From a virus: a stretch of DNA of 64,000 bases. The translations under genes were made by a program, and so were the position numbers. Shown here piece by piece: positions 28,620-38,584 of the stretch (the stretch's first letter is position 1; each line of letters begins with the position of its first letter). The DNA is taken from positions 24,676 through 88,675 of IMG/VR virus record IMGVR_UViG_3300040809_000464, one strand, 5' to 3'. The notes beneath the pieces are model-generated. The model worked only from the letters and a program-made list of their open reading frames with translations, did no database searches and had not been told where the DNA came from.

Positions 28620-31118
28620 ATGGCAAAGAATTTATTAACGACCTATCCGGGGAAGGTGAATCCATCTACACCACAATACCCTTATGGTGAACCTAAGAAT
28701 GTTAACGTTAATGGAGATGGTACGGGTACACCTTTTGAAGCTGAGTTAGTTAAAGATATTGCAGGTTTCCATCAAGCAATCTTAACTGAGGCTGGTATTG
28801 TACCTAGTAACATCGCGGATAATGCTACTAACAGTCAATATCTTGAGGGATTGAAGAGAATTGTTAAACAAGCTAATGTAATTACATCTGATCTTATTTA
28901 CAACCTTAACAATAATTACAGTACAGGTGTAGCAATACAAACTACAGGGTTCTCTGTAAACGGTGATGGCGGGGAAGGTTTGTGGTTAAAAACTGCGACA
29001 ACAGGTACCTCCTCTCAAACACCTGATGCATTAGGTTCACCATCACTAACAGATAGTAACGGTAATGTATGGTTGTTAGTATATGGAAATACTATAAAAA
29101 TTAAATCATTAGGTAATTCTGCTGTAGCTTGTGAAGGTGTATCCAATATAAAAGTAGATTTACAAGGTCAAACAGTACAAGCATTACTTGCTAGTGTTAA
29201 CAATCAGTATTTCAATGGCAGTCTTGTACTTACAGGGGCTAATGCTGATTTTTCTTTACAGAAGAATATCGTAGGTGAGAATGATTATGCTTTAACTAGA
29301 TCGAGAACTAAAAGCCCTGTATTAAACTGGGAGGGTAAGGATGTATTATGGTTAGGTACTTCAATACCAGCTCAAGGAGGTACAAACTCTTACCCTGATA
29401 TGTTTGCAGATACATTAAACTGTAACGTTAGCAACTTAGCCTTTGCAGGTTCCCATGCTCAGTGGGTATCTACAGATGACCCTTTTGCTATAGGTACTAT
29501 AAAAGCTTTATCCATGACTGAGGCAGACCGTCAGTGGGGTTTGACAACGTATGGACCTACATCTGCTTATGATGACTCTTTTGACGCGATTACTAAAGCT
29601 AGTCAAATGACAGCAGACCATAGAATTAAAGCAGAGTTCGCTAAATCAAATAAAGATGTAGTGTTTCTAGATCATAACCACAATGATAGACGTGGGGATG
29701 AAGGTGTATTAAACCCTACAAAGATAACTGTAACAGGTGTTACTATAGGTACTACCACACAAGTTGAAGTTACGGATGCTTCTAGTCTAACAGTAGGTAA
29801 CGGTGCTGCTTTAGAGATTGTAGGTATTACAAATCTTAACTACGCTGCTGGTAGAATAACATCCATAGTAAGCAACACGGTTACTATAGATTATGACAGT
29901 TCTTCTTTTACAGGTACATTTGTAAGTGGTGATCTGGTAGAGTTGGATAGAGCTACAGTGTATGGTTCTTGGAACTTCTTGATTTACTATATTAAGAATA
30001 TGTCTGTTATCTATGGTGATGGCGATGTTAAGATTATATTAAGTTCTGCACCATCAGAACATACTGATACTAATGTGTATGATCAGTATATCTATAGGAT
30101 TGGTCGTTACATTAAAAATATAGCGGATAAGTGGGATTTATCATTCTTTGATGTAGAGTATTTATATGATATTAAGTTTCACGATCATCTTACATATTTC
30201 CCTGATGGGGTACATCCAACAACAACAGAGTCAAGACAAGCATTAGCAAATCATTGGATCGAGTGGGCTGTAGGTGGAGTTACTAAGCAAGTCAACTCTA
30301 AGGATTTCCTACCATCAGCAGGCACACCTTATAAGGATTCAAGAGAAGCTTTATATAGTACCGCTGCTAGTGGTTTTGAAACTCCAGATTTCATATATAC
30401 AACAGGCACGCAACTTGTTAATGATGACTTTAGTGGTGGACTAGGTGATTGGACACTATCAGGTACATCTCCTGTTGTAGTGGGTGCGCCTTGGGTTGGC
30501 GGAGGTAGTGCTGTACTTTGTCAAGGTACTGATGCAACTAACAGCACATTAGATAACTTTAAAGCTTTTGGTGATGATGTAGAGTTTAGTTTTGATTTTC
30601 AAATGCCTGTGGTTAGTGGTTTAATTGACCAAGGAGACCCATTAGGTACTATTACAATATGCCAATGTAGAGTAGGTGGTGCATATTTACAACTACAACT
30701 TATTGCAAGACCTACAAGCCTAAACTTTAGAGCTGTTTACTTTGAATCGCCCAATACTGGATTGAATAATCTACCGGGTATTGCATATCCTTTTGAAGTA
30801 AATACTAAGTATAATATAAAAGTTAGACTTACTAAATCTACAAGTGATACAAATCCTAACGGTAAGATCGTTATTGAGATAGATAATGTAATAGTATTCT
30901 CAGCTGGTAACCTAGACACATACAATCAAAACCCTATTAATGAATTCACATTACAAAGTGCTATGTCTAATGTAGATTCTTTTGATTGTTACTTCGGTAA
31001 TGTTATTGTTAATCAATTAGATGCTAATGATTACACTCAAAGGTTTACTGGGAGTTTTACAGCTCAAGGTGGTGAAACTGTAACAGTTGTCAATGGTATT
31101 ATAACTACTGTCATATAA
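28620..31118 (+). CDS. Tail spike 2 with SGNH/GDSL esterase-like domain
   Basis: WLGTSI, NLAFAGS, HNHND and DGVHP blocks; N-terminal ~160 aa shared with spike 3. Confidence 0.75.
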   Translation: MAKNLLTTYPGKVNPSTPQYPYGEPKNVNVNGDGTGTPFEAELVKDIAGFHQAILTEAGIVPSNIADNATNSQYLEGLKRIVKQANVITSDLIYNLNNNYSTGVAIQTTGFSVNGDGGEGLWLKTATTGTSSQTPDALGSPSLTDSNGNVWLLVYGNTIKIKSLGNSAVACEGVSNIKVDLQGQTVQALLASVNNQYFNGSLVLTGANADFSLQKNIVGENDYALTRSRTKSPVLNWEGKDVLWLGTSIPAQGGTNSYPDMFADTLNCNVSNLAFAGSHAQWVSTDDPFAIGTIKALSMTEADRQWGLTTYGPTSAYDDSFDAITKASQMTADHRIKAEFAKSNKDVVFLDHNHNDRRGDEGVLNPTKITVTGVTIGTTTQVEVTDASSLTVGNGAALEIVGITNLNYAAGRITSIVSNTVTIDYDSSSFTGTFVSGDLVELDRATVYGSWNFLIYYIKNMSVIYGDGDVKIILSSAPSEHTDTNVYDQYIYRIGRYIKNIADKWDLSFFDVEYLYDIKFHDHLTYFPDGVHPTTTESRQALANHWIEWAVGGVTKQVNSKDFLPSAGTPYKDSREALYSTAASGFETPDFIYTTGTQLVNDDFSGGLGDWTLSGTSPVVVGAPWVGGGSAVLCQGTDATNSTLDNFKAFGDDVEFSFDFQMPVVSGLIDQGDPLGTITICQCRVGGAYLQLQLIARPTSLNFRAVYFESPNTGLNNLPGIAYPFEVNTKYNIKVRLTKSTSDTNPNGKIVIEIDNVIVFSAGNLDTYNQNPINEFTLQSAMSNVDSFDCYFGNVIVNQLDANDYTQRFTGSFTAQGGETVTVVNGIITTVI

Positions 31119-31182
31119 CAGAGATCATGCAGGGTGTTGTTATAGACTCTGCACATATCAAATACAATAAGAGAATAATAAC

Positions 31183-33219
31183 ATGGCTAAGAATCCATTA
31201 ATAACGTACCCGGGTAAAGTACTTCCTTCTAGTCCTCAATACCCATATGGGGAACCTCGTAATGTCACTGTAAACGGTGATGGTACAGGTACTCCTTTTG
31301 AAGCTGAATACTTGAAAGATATCTATGGATGGCAACAAGCTATCTTGGTAGAGGCAAATATTGTACCCAGCAATACTGCCGACACCGCTACTGCTAGTCA
31401 ATATTTAGAAGGTATTAAAAAATTAGCTAGGATTGTTAATCTAACCACTAGTGATATCATTACCACTTCTACAGACTACACAGATGGTACTGTATTACAG
31501 ACTACAGGTTATCACTCTTCTGGTGATGGTGGTGAAGGTATGTGGCGTAAAACTGGTAACACAGGAGCGCCCTCTCAAGACCCTGCTGCATTAGGTGAGG
31601 CTAAATTCACAGACCTTAGTGGGGATGAGTGGGAGCTTGTAAATACAACACTTATTAATGTAGCTAGTCTAGGTGTAAACACTGGTATAGACTCAGCACC
31701 TATATTTAATGCGGCATTAACTTCTGTAGTTGATGGTGGTACAGTATTCAACAAGAGTACTTATGACGTAGAATCTGGCGAGATAACAATTCCCCCTTCT
31801 AAGACTCTTATAGTAGATCTAGGTAAGATTAGGCTTAGAGACGGAAGTGATACACCTCTAATATCAGGTACTAATATATTCACCGTAGTCATAACAGGTA
31901 ACTTCATAGACGGTAACAAGGCTAATCAAACCACTCCTCCAGCGGCTATAGGAGATTATCCTCTTATTAATATCTCTGGAAGCGAGAGGGTTACGGTAAA
32001 AGACTGTTATATTAAGAATGCTGCTGATGTATCTATAGAAGTTAATGATACTAAGCAAGTACGAGTGATAGATAACAATATAAATAACTCACAGTCTCAT
32101 GGTATCGTAGCTGCTGGTAATAATGAATTAGTTCTTATCTCTTCTAATACGGTCAAAGGTATTACAGAGGGTGCAGGTATAATCCCTATGGGGAATGCTG
32201 TATATACTTCTGTAGTAAATAATATTGTTGAAGATGTAGATGGAGATTCTGGTGATGCGATTACTTGTTATAGTGACACTGGCAAGTTTATAACTATCGC
32301 AGGTAACGTAGTTAAAGATGTAGAAGGCCATGGTATTCATACAGGCGGGGAGTACGTAACAGTAACAGGTAACGCTATAGACTCAGTAACAGCTGCTGGC
32401 ATCTATATAAGATCTCAATCTACAACTGCTAACTATGTATCTGTAACTGGTAACACTGTCAATGCAGATACTATAGGTGTAAGTACTTTCGCTAGAGATG
32501 GTATCTATATTAATAATGTAGAAACCTTTGCAGTCACAGGTAACACTATACATAATGCACAAGACCACGGTATACACTTGAAACAGTGTGCCGGAGGTGT
32601 TGTAAACGGGAATAGTGTAACTACATCTCTTAACACTGGATTATACTCTGAGATAGATGGTATACGTAATGTGTATTGTAATAATGTGTTTAGAAATATT
32701 AATAGTACAGCTATGTTATTCGACCAAGAAGACCAAGGGAAGATAAATGATAACCTTATAGAATCGTGGTCTGTAGTAGATGCTTCTGGTTATGGTATAG
32801 ACCTAACTGGTACTCTAATGAGTGTAGAGAACAATAGTATAAGACGAGGCACAGGTACAGTACCAGCTATCGGAAATTCGGTCTCTGCAACAGTGACTCT
32901 CAGTAAGTTCAAGGACAATGTAATCAGCTCTGGTAGTACTATAAATAAAGGTAGTGTTGCATCTAATACAACTACTAACTTACCGCACGAGTATGATTAT
33001 ATCACCATTTCTGGTACTACTCAGATAGATAATATGAATACTGATACTTACGAAGGTAGAGAGGTAACTCTTAGATGTACATCTTCAGGTCTTACAATTA
33101 AAGACGGTGTAGGTAATCTAATATTAAACGGTGATTTTGTAACTTCAGGCTCATCTAGTTTCATAAGGTTATTGTTCTCTGGGGGTTCTTGGTTTGAACT
33201 CACTAGAAGTATCAACTAA
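31183..33219 (+). CDS. Tail spike 3, right-handed beta-helix depolymerase-like
   Basis: Repeated V.GN/HGI beta-helix coils; N-terminus shared with spike 2. Confidence 0.8.
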   Translation: MAKNPLITYPGKVLPSSPQYPYGEPRNVTVNGDGTGTPFEAEYLKDIYGWQQAILVEANIVPSNTADTATASQYLEGIKKLARIVNLTTSDIITTSTDYTDGTVLQTTGYHSSGDGGEGMWRKTGNTGAPSQDPAALGEAKFTDLSGDEWELVNTTLINVASLGVNTGIDSAPIFNAALTSVVDGGTVFNKSTYDVESGEITIPPSKTLIVDLGKIRLRDGSDTPLISGTNIFTVVITGNFIDGNKANQTTPPAAIGDYPLINISGSERVTVKDCYIKNAADVSIEVNDTKQVRVIDNNINNSQSHGIVAAGNNELVLISSNTVKGITEGAGIIPMGNAVYTSVVNNIVEDVDGDSGDAITCYSDTGKFITIAGNVVKDVEGHGIHTGGEYVTVTGNAIDSVTAAGIYIRSQSTTANYVSVTGNTVNADTIGVSTFARDGIYINNVETFAVTGNTIHNAQDHGIHLKQCAGGVVNGNSVTTSLNTGLYSEIDGIRNVYCNNVFRNINSTAMLFDQEDQGKINDNLIESWSVVDASGYGIDLTGTLMSVENNSIRRGTGTVPAIGNSVSATVTLSKFKDNVISSGSTINKGSVASNTTTNLPHEYDYITISGTTQIDNMNTDTYEGREVTLRCTSSGLTIKDGVGNLILNGDFVTSGSSSFIRLLFSGGSWFELTRSIN

Positions 33220-33244
33220 ACCCTAACGTTCACCTAAAAAACAC

Positions 33245-33284
33245 AAAAACCCTCTCAAGAGCAATCCTGAGAGGGTTTTTCTTT
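33245..33284. terminator. Bidirectional intrinsic terminator between converging late and replication operons
   Basis: AAAAA-CCCTCTCA-N10-TGAGAGGG-TTTTTCTTT. Confidence 0.8.
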
Positions 33285-33334
33285 ATATGCAATACCTACT
33301 ATGTAACTCTTCTAAGAACCTCTTACAAGGCTAT

Positions 33335-33976
33335 CTAGAATGGTGGTTTATCGCCATCGAAGTCATCTTCTGGTTCAGTTACGTTAGAAGGTTGTGCTGT
33401 ACTCTCTCCTCCAACCACAGTACCAAAAGCCCCACCACCTGAAGGTTCATACTCGATAAAGTCTGTAACTAAAAGTGAATTAAGTTTAAGAGATAAACCA
33501 CCGTAGCTATTCTTCTTAGCAATGAATGCTACATCAGCTTTACTGCCATTAGCTACTTTCTTTGTCCATGTAATATCCTCGTTAGTACCATCACCATTAG
33601 GTAACAACACTTTAGGTCGCCAATCTTTAGGTACTAGGTCGCCAGCTTTATATTGATTACCCTGTTTATCAGTGAAGTCATTAGAGAATTTCTCATCTAA
33701 CTTAAACTTATAAACATACTGCTCTTCTTGCTCAGGGAATGGGATAGCTACTTTCTTATACTTCTCATAATCTTCATTCTCAATCTCACGGCAAGTATTC
33801 TTCTTAAAGATTTTCTTCCAAGCTTTGTGTGTAGTTGCATCCATAGTAACTTCAATACTGTACTCTTTCTCTGTAGTACTTTCATATTTGAACTGCGGGT
33901 TGTTCAAACAGTTGTATGTTAATGTAACACCACGTAAGTAGCTAAAACCCTTTTCATTGTATTCTAATTTACTCAT
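33335..33976 (-). CDS. Single-stranded DNA-binding protein (T7 gp2.5-like)
   Basis: VANGSKA motif; acidic C-terminal tail ending in PF; GAGG RBS before MSKLEY. Confidence 0.7.
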   Translation of the reverse strand: MSKLEYNEKGFSYLRGVTLTYNCLNNPQFKYESTTEKEYSIEVTMDATTHKAWKKIFKKNTCREIENEDYEKYKKVAIPFPEQEEQYVYKFKLDEKFSNDFTDKQGNQYKAGDLVPKDWRPKVLLPNGDGTNEDITWTKKVANGSKADVAFIAKKNSYGGLSLKLNSLLVTDFIEYEPSGGGAFGTVVGGESTAQPSNVTEPEDDFDGDKPPF

Positions 33977-34077
33977 AAATATATTTCCTCTTATTTCAAC
34001 GTTGAATGTCATTCCGACAAAGTTATTATCTCACAAGAACCTTTATATGTCAACCTCTTATGAGGTATTATTTTAAA

Positions 34078-34347
34078 TTAATTTACTATGTGGTTACGTA
34101 ACTTAATAGGGTTGGTCTCTACAAAGTAACTTCCCCAGACTCCTAACAAGTACCCTGCTGCAACTACACAAAGGAAGAGAATCATATTGGTAGCTAGTAT
34201 CTCTACATACGCCATCTCTTCATATTCAAACTCATACATACCCTTAGCTATAACGATAAACACTAAAGAATACACCATCCAGCTCAAACTCTGTAGGAAG
34301 TAACCAAACACTCTCTTACCTGTAGAGGAGGATTTCCTGTTAGTCAT
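34078..34347 (-). CDS. Small 2-TM membrane protein
   Basis: Two hydrophobic helices. Confidence 0.5.
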   Translation of the reverse strand: MTNRKSSSTGKRVFGYFLQSLSWMVYSLVFIVIAKGMYEFEYEEMAYVEILATNMILFLCVVAAGYLLGVWGSYFVETNPIKLRNHIVN

Positions 34348-35218
34348 CCTTAAGCTTATCCTCTAAGTCTTTAACCATCAAGGATAACTCTGTAATAGTG
34401 TAGATCAGAGTCTTGCACAATGTATCATCCTCATCTTCTCCTTCCATATTGCTATCAAAGGACAACCCTTTAAAGACGAACTCCTTAGTGATTTCCCCTG
34501 TAATGAAACCATCATAAGCGAACTTACCTTGAGTGAACATCTTACCAGCTTCAATCATAGCATGGCATTCTTTACCTTCTACACTATTCTTATCAAGCAT
34601 CCCTTTAGATTTATCCTCACCTACCAAGATAATCTTATCACCCCACTCCATCGGTTCGACAAGGCTATTATCAATCAACATACTTGTCATAGTATCGCTA
34701 AGGTTATCCACTTGTACCTGCTCAATATCTTCCCCTTCTACAACGTCCATACCAATAAGTATATTCTTCATAGTATCAACCTCTTTAGATGAAGCTGAGA
34801 AGACGTATAAGCGGTTATCTTTAGGGTTGAGACATGATAGTACACTCTTGTTAGAATAGTTCGCATCGGGTAATAGAGAAGCTTCTACAGCGTCCATAAT
34901 ATCTTCTTTGGTTTCCTTATCAATACTATCTACAGAAGAATACTCACCAGAGTCTACTAAGCTAAGGAACCGTTCATGAGCTACATCTTTAACCTTATCC
35001 TTAGAGACTGAACGCTTATGGAAGTTGACAGAGAACCATAGCTTACCTTCTAGTTGTGTTAAGTATTCGTCCCAAGTATCCTTAATAGGAACCAATCCAA
35101 TAGATTCCTTATGAGAAGGGATACATCTAAAGGCGAATCGTTGCTGTGTATCCTCGTTAAGTAAGTTCTCTAAACGGGTATCTGTTAATTGTAATACTGT
35201 TAGGTTTTTTAAATTCAT
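34340..35218 (-). CDS. rdgC: RdgC-like recombination-associated protein
   Basis: N-terminal KNLT, F..C.....ESIG.VP, and SASSK.VD pattern; 292 aa. Confidence 0.6.
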   Translation of the reverse strand: MNLKNLTVLQLTDTRLENLLNEDTQQRFAFRCIPSHKESIGLVPIKDTWDEYLTQLEGKLWFSVNFHKRSVSKDKVKDVAHERFLSLVDSGEYSSVDSIDKETKEDIMDAVEASLLPDANYSNKSVLSCLNPKDNRLYVFSASSKEVDTMKNILIGMDVVEGEDIEQVQVDNLSDTMTSMLIDNSLVEPMEWGDKIILVGEDKSKGMLDKNSVEGKECHAMIEAGKMFTQGKFAYDGFITGEITKEFVFKGLSFDSNMEGEDEDDTLCKTLIYTITELSLMVKDLEDKLKDD

Positions 35219-35271
35219 TGTTTCTCCTTCGTGTTGTTTCGTGTGTATTTTAGTTGTATTTGTTATTTATG

Positions 35272-35865
35272 TCAAGGGTTTCTTTCTAAATACTTTTCAA
35301 GTCTCCATTCAGGTAGACCTTTTAGTTCTTCCGTAACGAACTCCACCCATTCAGGATTACTTCTACCATTGTATACACTTGAGATAGTGGTACGTGCAAA
35401 ACCTAAGATATCTGCTGTTTCCTTCACACCTTTACCGAGTAACTTATACACCACTGCTTTAGTTCTATCCTCATCAGTTAACTGTTTAGTCTTCCCACGA
35501 GGTTTATTGTTAATCTTACCATCACGGACACCTTGAACAGTATTCTCCTTCTGTGTACCCCATGCGAGATTGCTTATGTGGTTATTCTTAGAATTATGAT
35601 CTAAGTGCATCACTTGAGGTTTGTCCTCTGGGTTAGGGAGGAATGCTTTAGCTACTAGGCGGTGAACATAGCATCTATCGTATAATCTTTTACCCTTACA
35701 ATCCTTACCCTTATACATCTGGACATACATATAACCTGAACCATTATCACCCGGCTTCATTACCTTTTCTTTCCACAGGGAATACACTCTGCCATAATTA
35801 CTGATCTTATAATTACTGTTTATCTCTACCGTTTCCCATACTTCATTTTCTAAATTTTCAACCAT
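35272..35865 (-). CDS. NUMOD4-HNH homing endonuclease
   Basis: EVW....Y.ISNYGRV (NUMOD4); VHRLVAKAF, V.H.D.N..NN.ISNL.W.T..EN. Confidence 0.9.
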   Translation of the reverse strand: MVENLENEVWETVEINSNYKISNYGRVYSLWKEKVMKPGDNGSGYMYVQMYKGKDCKGKRLYDRCYVHRLVAKAFLPNPEDKPQVMHLDHNSKNNHISNLAWGTQKENTVQGVRDGKINNKPRGKTKQLTDEDRTKAVVYKLLGKGVKETADILGFARTTISSVYNGRSNPEWVEFVTEELKGLPEWRLEKYLERNP

Positions 35866-35878
35866 TTCACCACCCCTT

Positions 35879-38572
35879 CTAATGGCATTCTGCCCAATCT
35901 CTACCTATTATATAACCTGCTGTTAACTCTATATTTAACTTGTAATAGTCTCCAGTTCTTTGAACTGCTTCTGCTGCTAATTGCCCAGCTTTACTGTAAG
36001 CCACAAACACACACTTGTCATTAGCTACAATATCACTCCAGATCTTACTGTTACTTTTAAACTCCGTATCTTTAAACTGTTGTGCTTCCTGTTTAAGTTT
36101 CTTAGTATGTAGTTTCTTGTCATCTTTATCCATATCTTTAAAACCTTCTGGATAATTAAATATCTTGAAAGTGACTTGATCCTTATTTACTTCTAGTTGT
36201 GCCTCATCGTGCATCGCTATCATTTGCTGGCAAAAGTCTTTTTTCTTCCAATCATCTTTAAAGAAATCAACTATTAGGTTATTCTCTCTGAGTAGCTCTT
36301 CATGTATTACCATCGCACGTTTAGCAGCTATAACACCAGCAGACTGAAAAGCAGTGTTTATTACATTACCTTTAGATCTCACAGGTAACTTCCTACCGTC
36401 TAACCCTAATAGGAACTTCTTCTGACCTTTTGTTTCCCAGTATCTCTGCATATTCTTCTTAAGCTGGTTAAGGGGGAACGCTTGATCCCAGAAAGTATCG
36501 AATATTACCTGAGCAGTTGGTAAATCACAACCTACGGTCCTTGCCACACGAGGAGGTTGAGCATTATAACTACAGCCATATTTAACACTCTTAGCAGATC
36601 CTCTAGGGAAATCAGTACCTAGTAGGTCAGATATCTTTTCAGCTAATTTAGTATGACAATCATTAGGCTTTTCTAAAGTAAGTGAATTACAATACTCTTT
36701 AGTAGGGTCATAGCGCCAACAATAATGCGACTCTATCTTAGCTTCTAAACTATCAAAGTCATAACCTATCTGATAATACCCTTCACCAGCACCAAATAGT
36801 GACCTCATATTACTACCATACAGAGAAGTTACCCTAGGTATGTTAGCTACAACCCTGTGTTTCATCCTAGAAGTAGCTGCATCACAAGTACCTGCTGGTG
36901 TAGCTATTCTACCATCTTCTCTGATATAAGCCATGTAACCTTTTTCAGCTTCCCCTTCTTCGTCCCATTCAAGACCACCACCTAAGATACTATTACGTCT
37001 ATGCTTGTAAGTCATATACTCTACGATATTTCTAGCGTAGGGGAACTTATCAGATAACTTATCAAGATTAGGACATATCTCTTTTTCTTGACCCTTAGTA
37101 AAGTTTGGATTTGTAGGTACTTTACACATACCACCGTCTTTAGTACGTAAAAGCTTAGCCTTCAACCTTGTACGTGTTGTCTCTAGGAGGTCTAACCTTT
37201 CTTTACAAAGTGGTGAATTCAATGTTTCTTCTACATACTTATCTACAGCTTCTTCAAACTCTTGTCTAGTTCTTTTAATCTTAGCTGTTTTAGTTTTTCT
37301 TTCATACAGATCCTTCTCTTTGAATTCACTAGGGACCCAACCAAACTCCTCAACAAGCCATCCTTTTATATGGGTAGAGTCATTGATAGTTGCAACCATA
37401 CTGGTCTTTACAGGTTCTAAGTCCATTGGTAGTGCATATGTTTTACCATATAAAGTTACTTCTGTATTGGCTTCATTAACACTACCTTCATGTCTATCTA
37501 AAAAGTTAACCATATGATTAGATAGTGTACGTTCTTCTTTTATTACAGTACCTTGTTTAATAGGTAAAGTATATGTCTTACCATATAAGGTACATTTACG
37601 GTCATCCAATAACTTCCCATTGTTCTTGTCAATGAACTTTAACATGATAGCACTTACATCACCACTCTTTTTAAACTGGGTCTTAGGTGGCTCTACTGTA
37701 ACTACCTTTACCTGATTTACTGGTGGAGTATGATCAGATAAGAATTTCTTTGTAGCTTTTCTAGGAGGAAGAACTGGCTCTACTGTAACTCTATGCTCTT
37801 CCATCATCTTATCTAACTCTTCAACAGAATCTTCTGCCAGTTTCCTATTAAAAGCAAAACCTCTATGTTCTTGTCTGGTAACAATATCCGCTACTTTCTT
37901 TTCAAGTCTGATCGGGTCATCCCATTCCCAGTTACCTTTCTCCTTCTCTAAGTATTTATACACCTTAGTATTTACAAGAACATCCCTGATACAGTAGTAC
38001 AACATATCTGCTGCAAACTCTTCAAACTTCTTTTGTTTGTCCTTGATATAGGGTCTGAAATCTATCTTACGTAAACCCACCTTCTCTGACAAGTTATCAA
38101 GACTATGCCCACCAAACCTATCAGGATTTAACGTCTTAGACAGTACCATTGTATCAACTATCTCGGTAGGTTTACCACACCAAGAGTCAGGCTCTACTTG
38201 ATAATCCATACCGTAGTAAAGTTTACAAACAAGATGATCATAGTTAATCCCATTGTGAGCCACCACCTTATTTATTTTATTACTTTCAATATAAGATTTA
38301 AACTCGTTCAACTGTTTATGTACATACTTGACAGGCTTATAATTCTCCAAGACGTAATCTACATCAATAGATCGACCTTTCTCAGAGTATTTCCTCCCAT
38401 CAAGTTCATAAGTATCACCATTATAGAAAGCAATGATCTCTCCAGTCTGGTGGTTCTCTGTAACAATACAATGCATCTTAAAAGAGTTTTTCAACTTGTA
38501 CGGTGAACTTAGGTAATCAATCGTATTATGGTTAAGTAAGTTATTAGCCTCTATATCGAAAGTAATATCCAA
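35879..38572 (-). CDS. Family A DNA polymerase with 3'-5' exonuclease (T7-like); TTG start
   Basis: FDIE, HNGINYD and YCIRDV exonuclease motifs; DFDSLE (A), R..AK..KYG..Y (B), HDE (C). Confidence 0.95.
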   Translation of the reverse strand: MDITFDIEANNLLNHNTIDYLSSPYKLKNSFKMHCIVTENHQTGEIIAFYNGDTYELDGRKYSEKGRSIDVDYVLENYKPVKYVHKQLNEFKSYIESNKINKVVAHNGINYDHLVCKLYYGMDYQVEPDSWCGKPTEIVDTMVLSKTLNPDRFGGHSLDNLSEKVGLRKIDFRPYIKDKQKKFEEFAADMLYYCIRDVLVNTKVYKYLEKEKGNWEWDDPIRLEKKVADIVTRQEHRGFAFNRKLAEDSVEELDKMMEEHRVTVEPVLPPRKATKKFLSDHTPPVNQVKVVTVEPPKTQFKKSGDVSAIMLKFIDKNNGKLLDDRKCTLYGKTYTLPIKQGTVIKEERTLSNHMVNFLDRHEGSVNEANTEVTLYGKTYALPMDLEPVKTSMVATINDSTHIKGWLVEEFGWVPSEFKEKDLYERKTKTAKIKRTRQEFEEAVDKYVEETLNSPLCKERLDLLETTRTRLKAKLLRTKDGGMCKVPTNPNFTKGQEKEICPNLDKLSDKFPYARNIVEYMTYKHRRNSILGGGLEWDEEGEAEKGYMAYIREDGRIATPAGTCDAATSRMKHRVVANIPRVTSLYGSNMRSLFGAGEGYYQIGYDFDSLEAKIESHYCWRYDPTKEYCNSLTLEKPNDCHTKLAEKISDLLGTDFPRGSAKSVKYGCSYNAQPPRVARTVGCDLPTAQVIFDTFWDQAFPLNQLKKNMQRYWETKGQKKFLLGLDGRKLPVRSKGNVINTAFQSAGVIAAKRAMVIHEELLRENNLIVDFFKDDWKKKDFCQQMIAMHDEAQLEVNKDQVTFKIFNYPEGFKDMDKDDKKLHTKKLKQEAQQFKDTEFKSNSKIWSDIVANDKCVFVAYSKAGQLAAEAVQRTGDYYKLNIELTAGYIIGRDWAECH

Positions 38573-38584
38573 AATAAACTCCTA

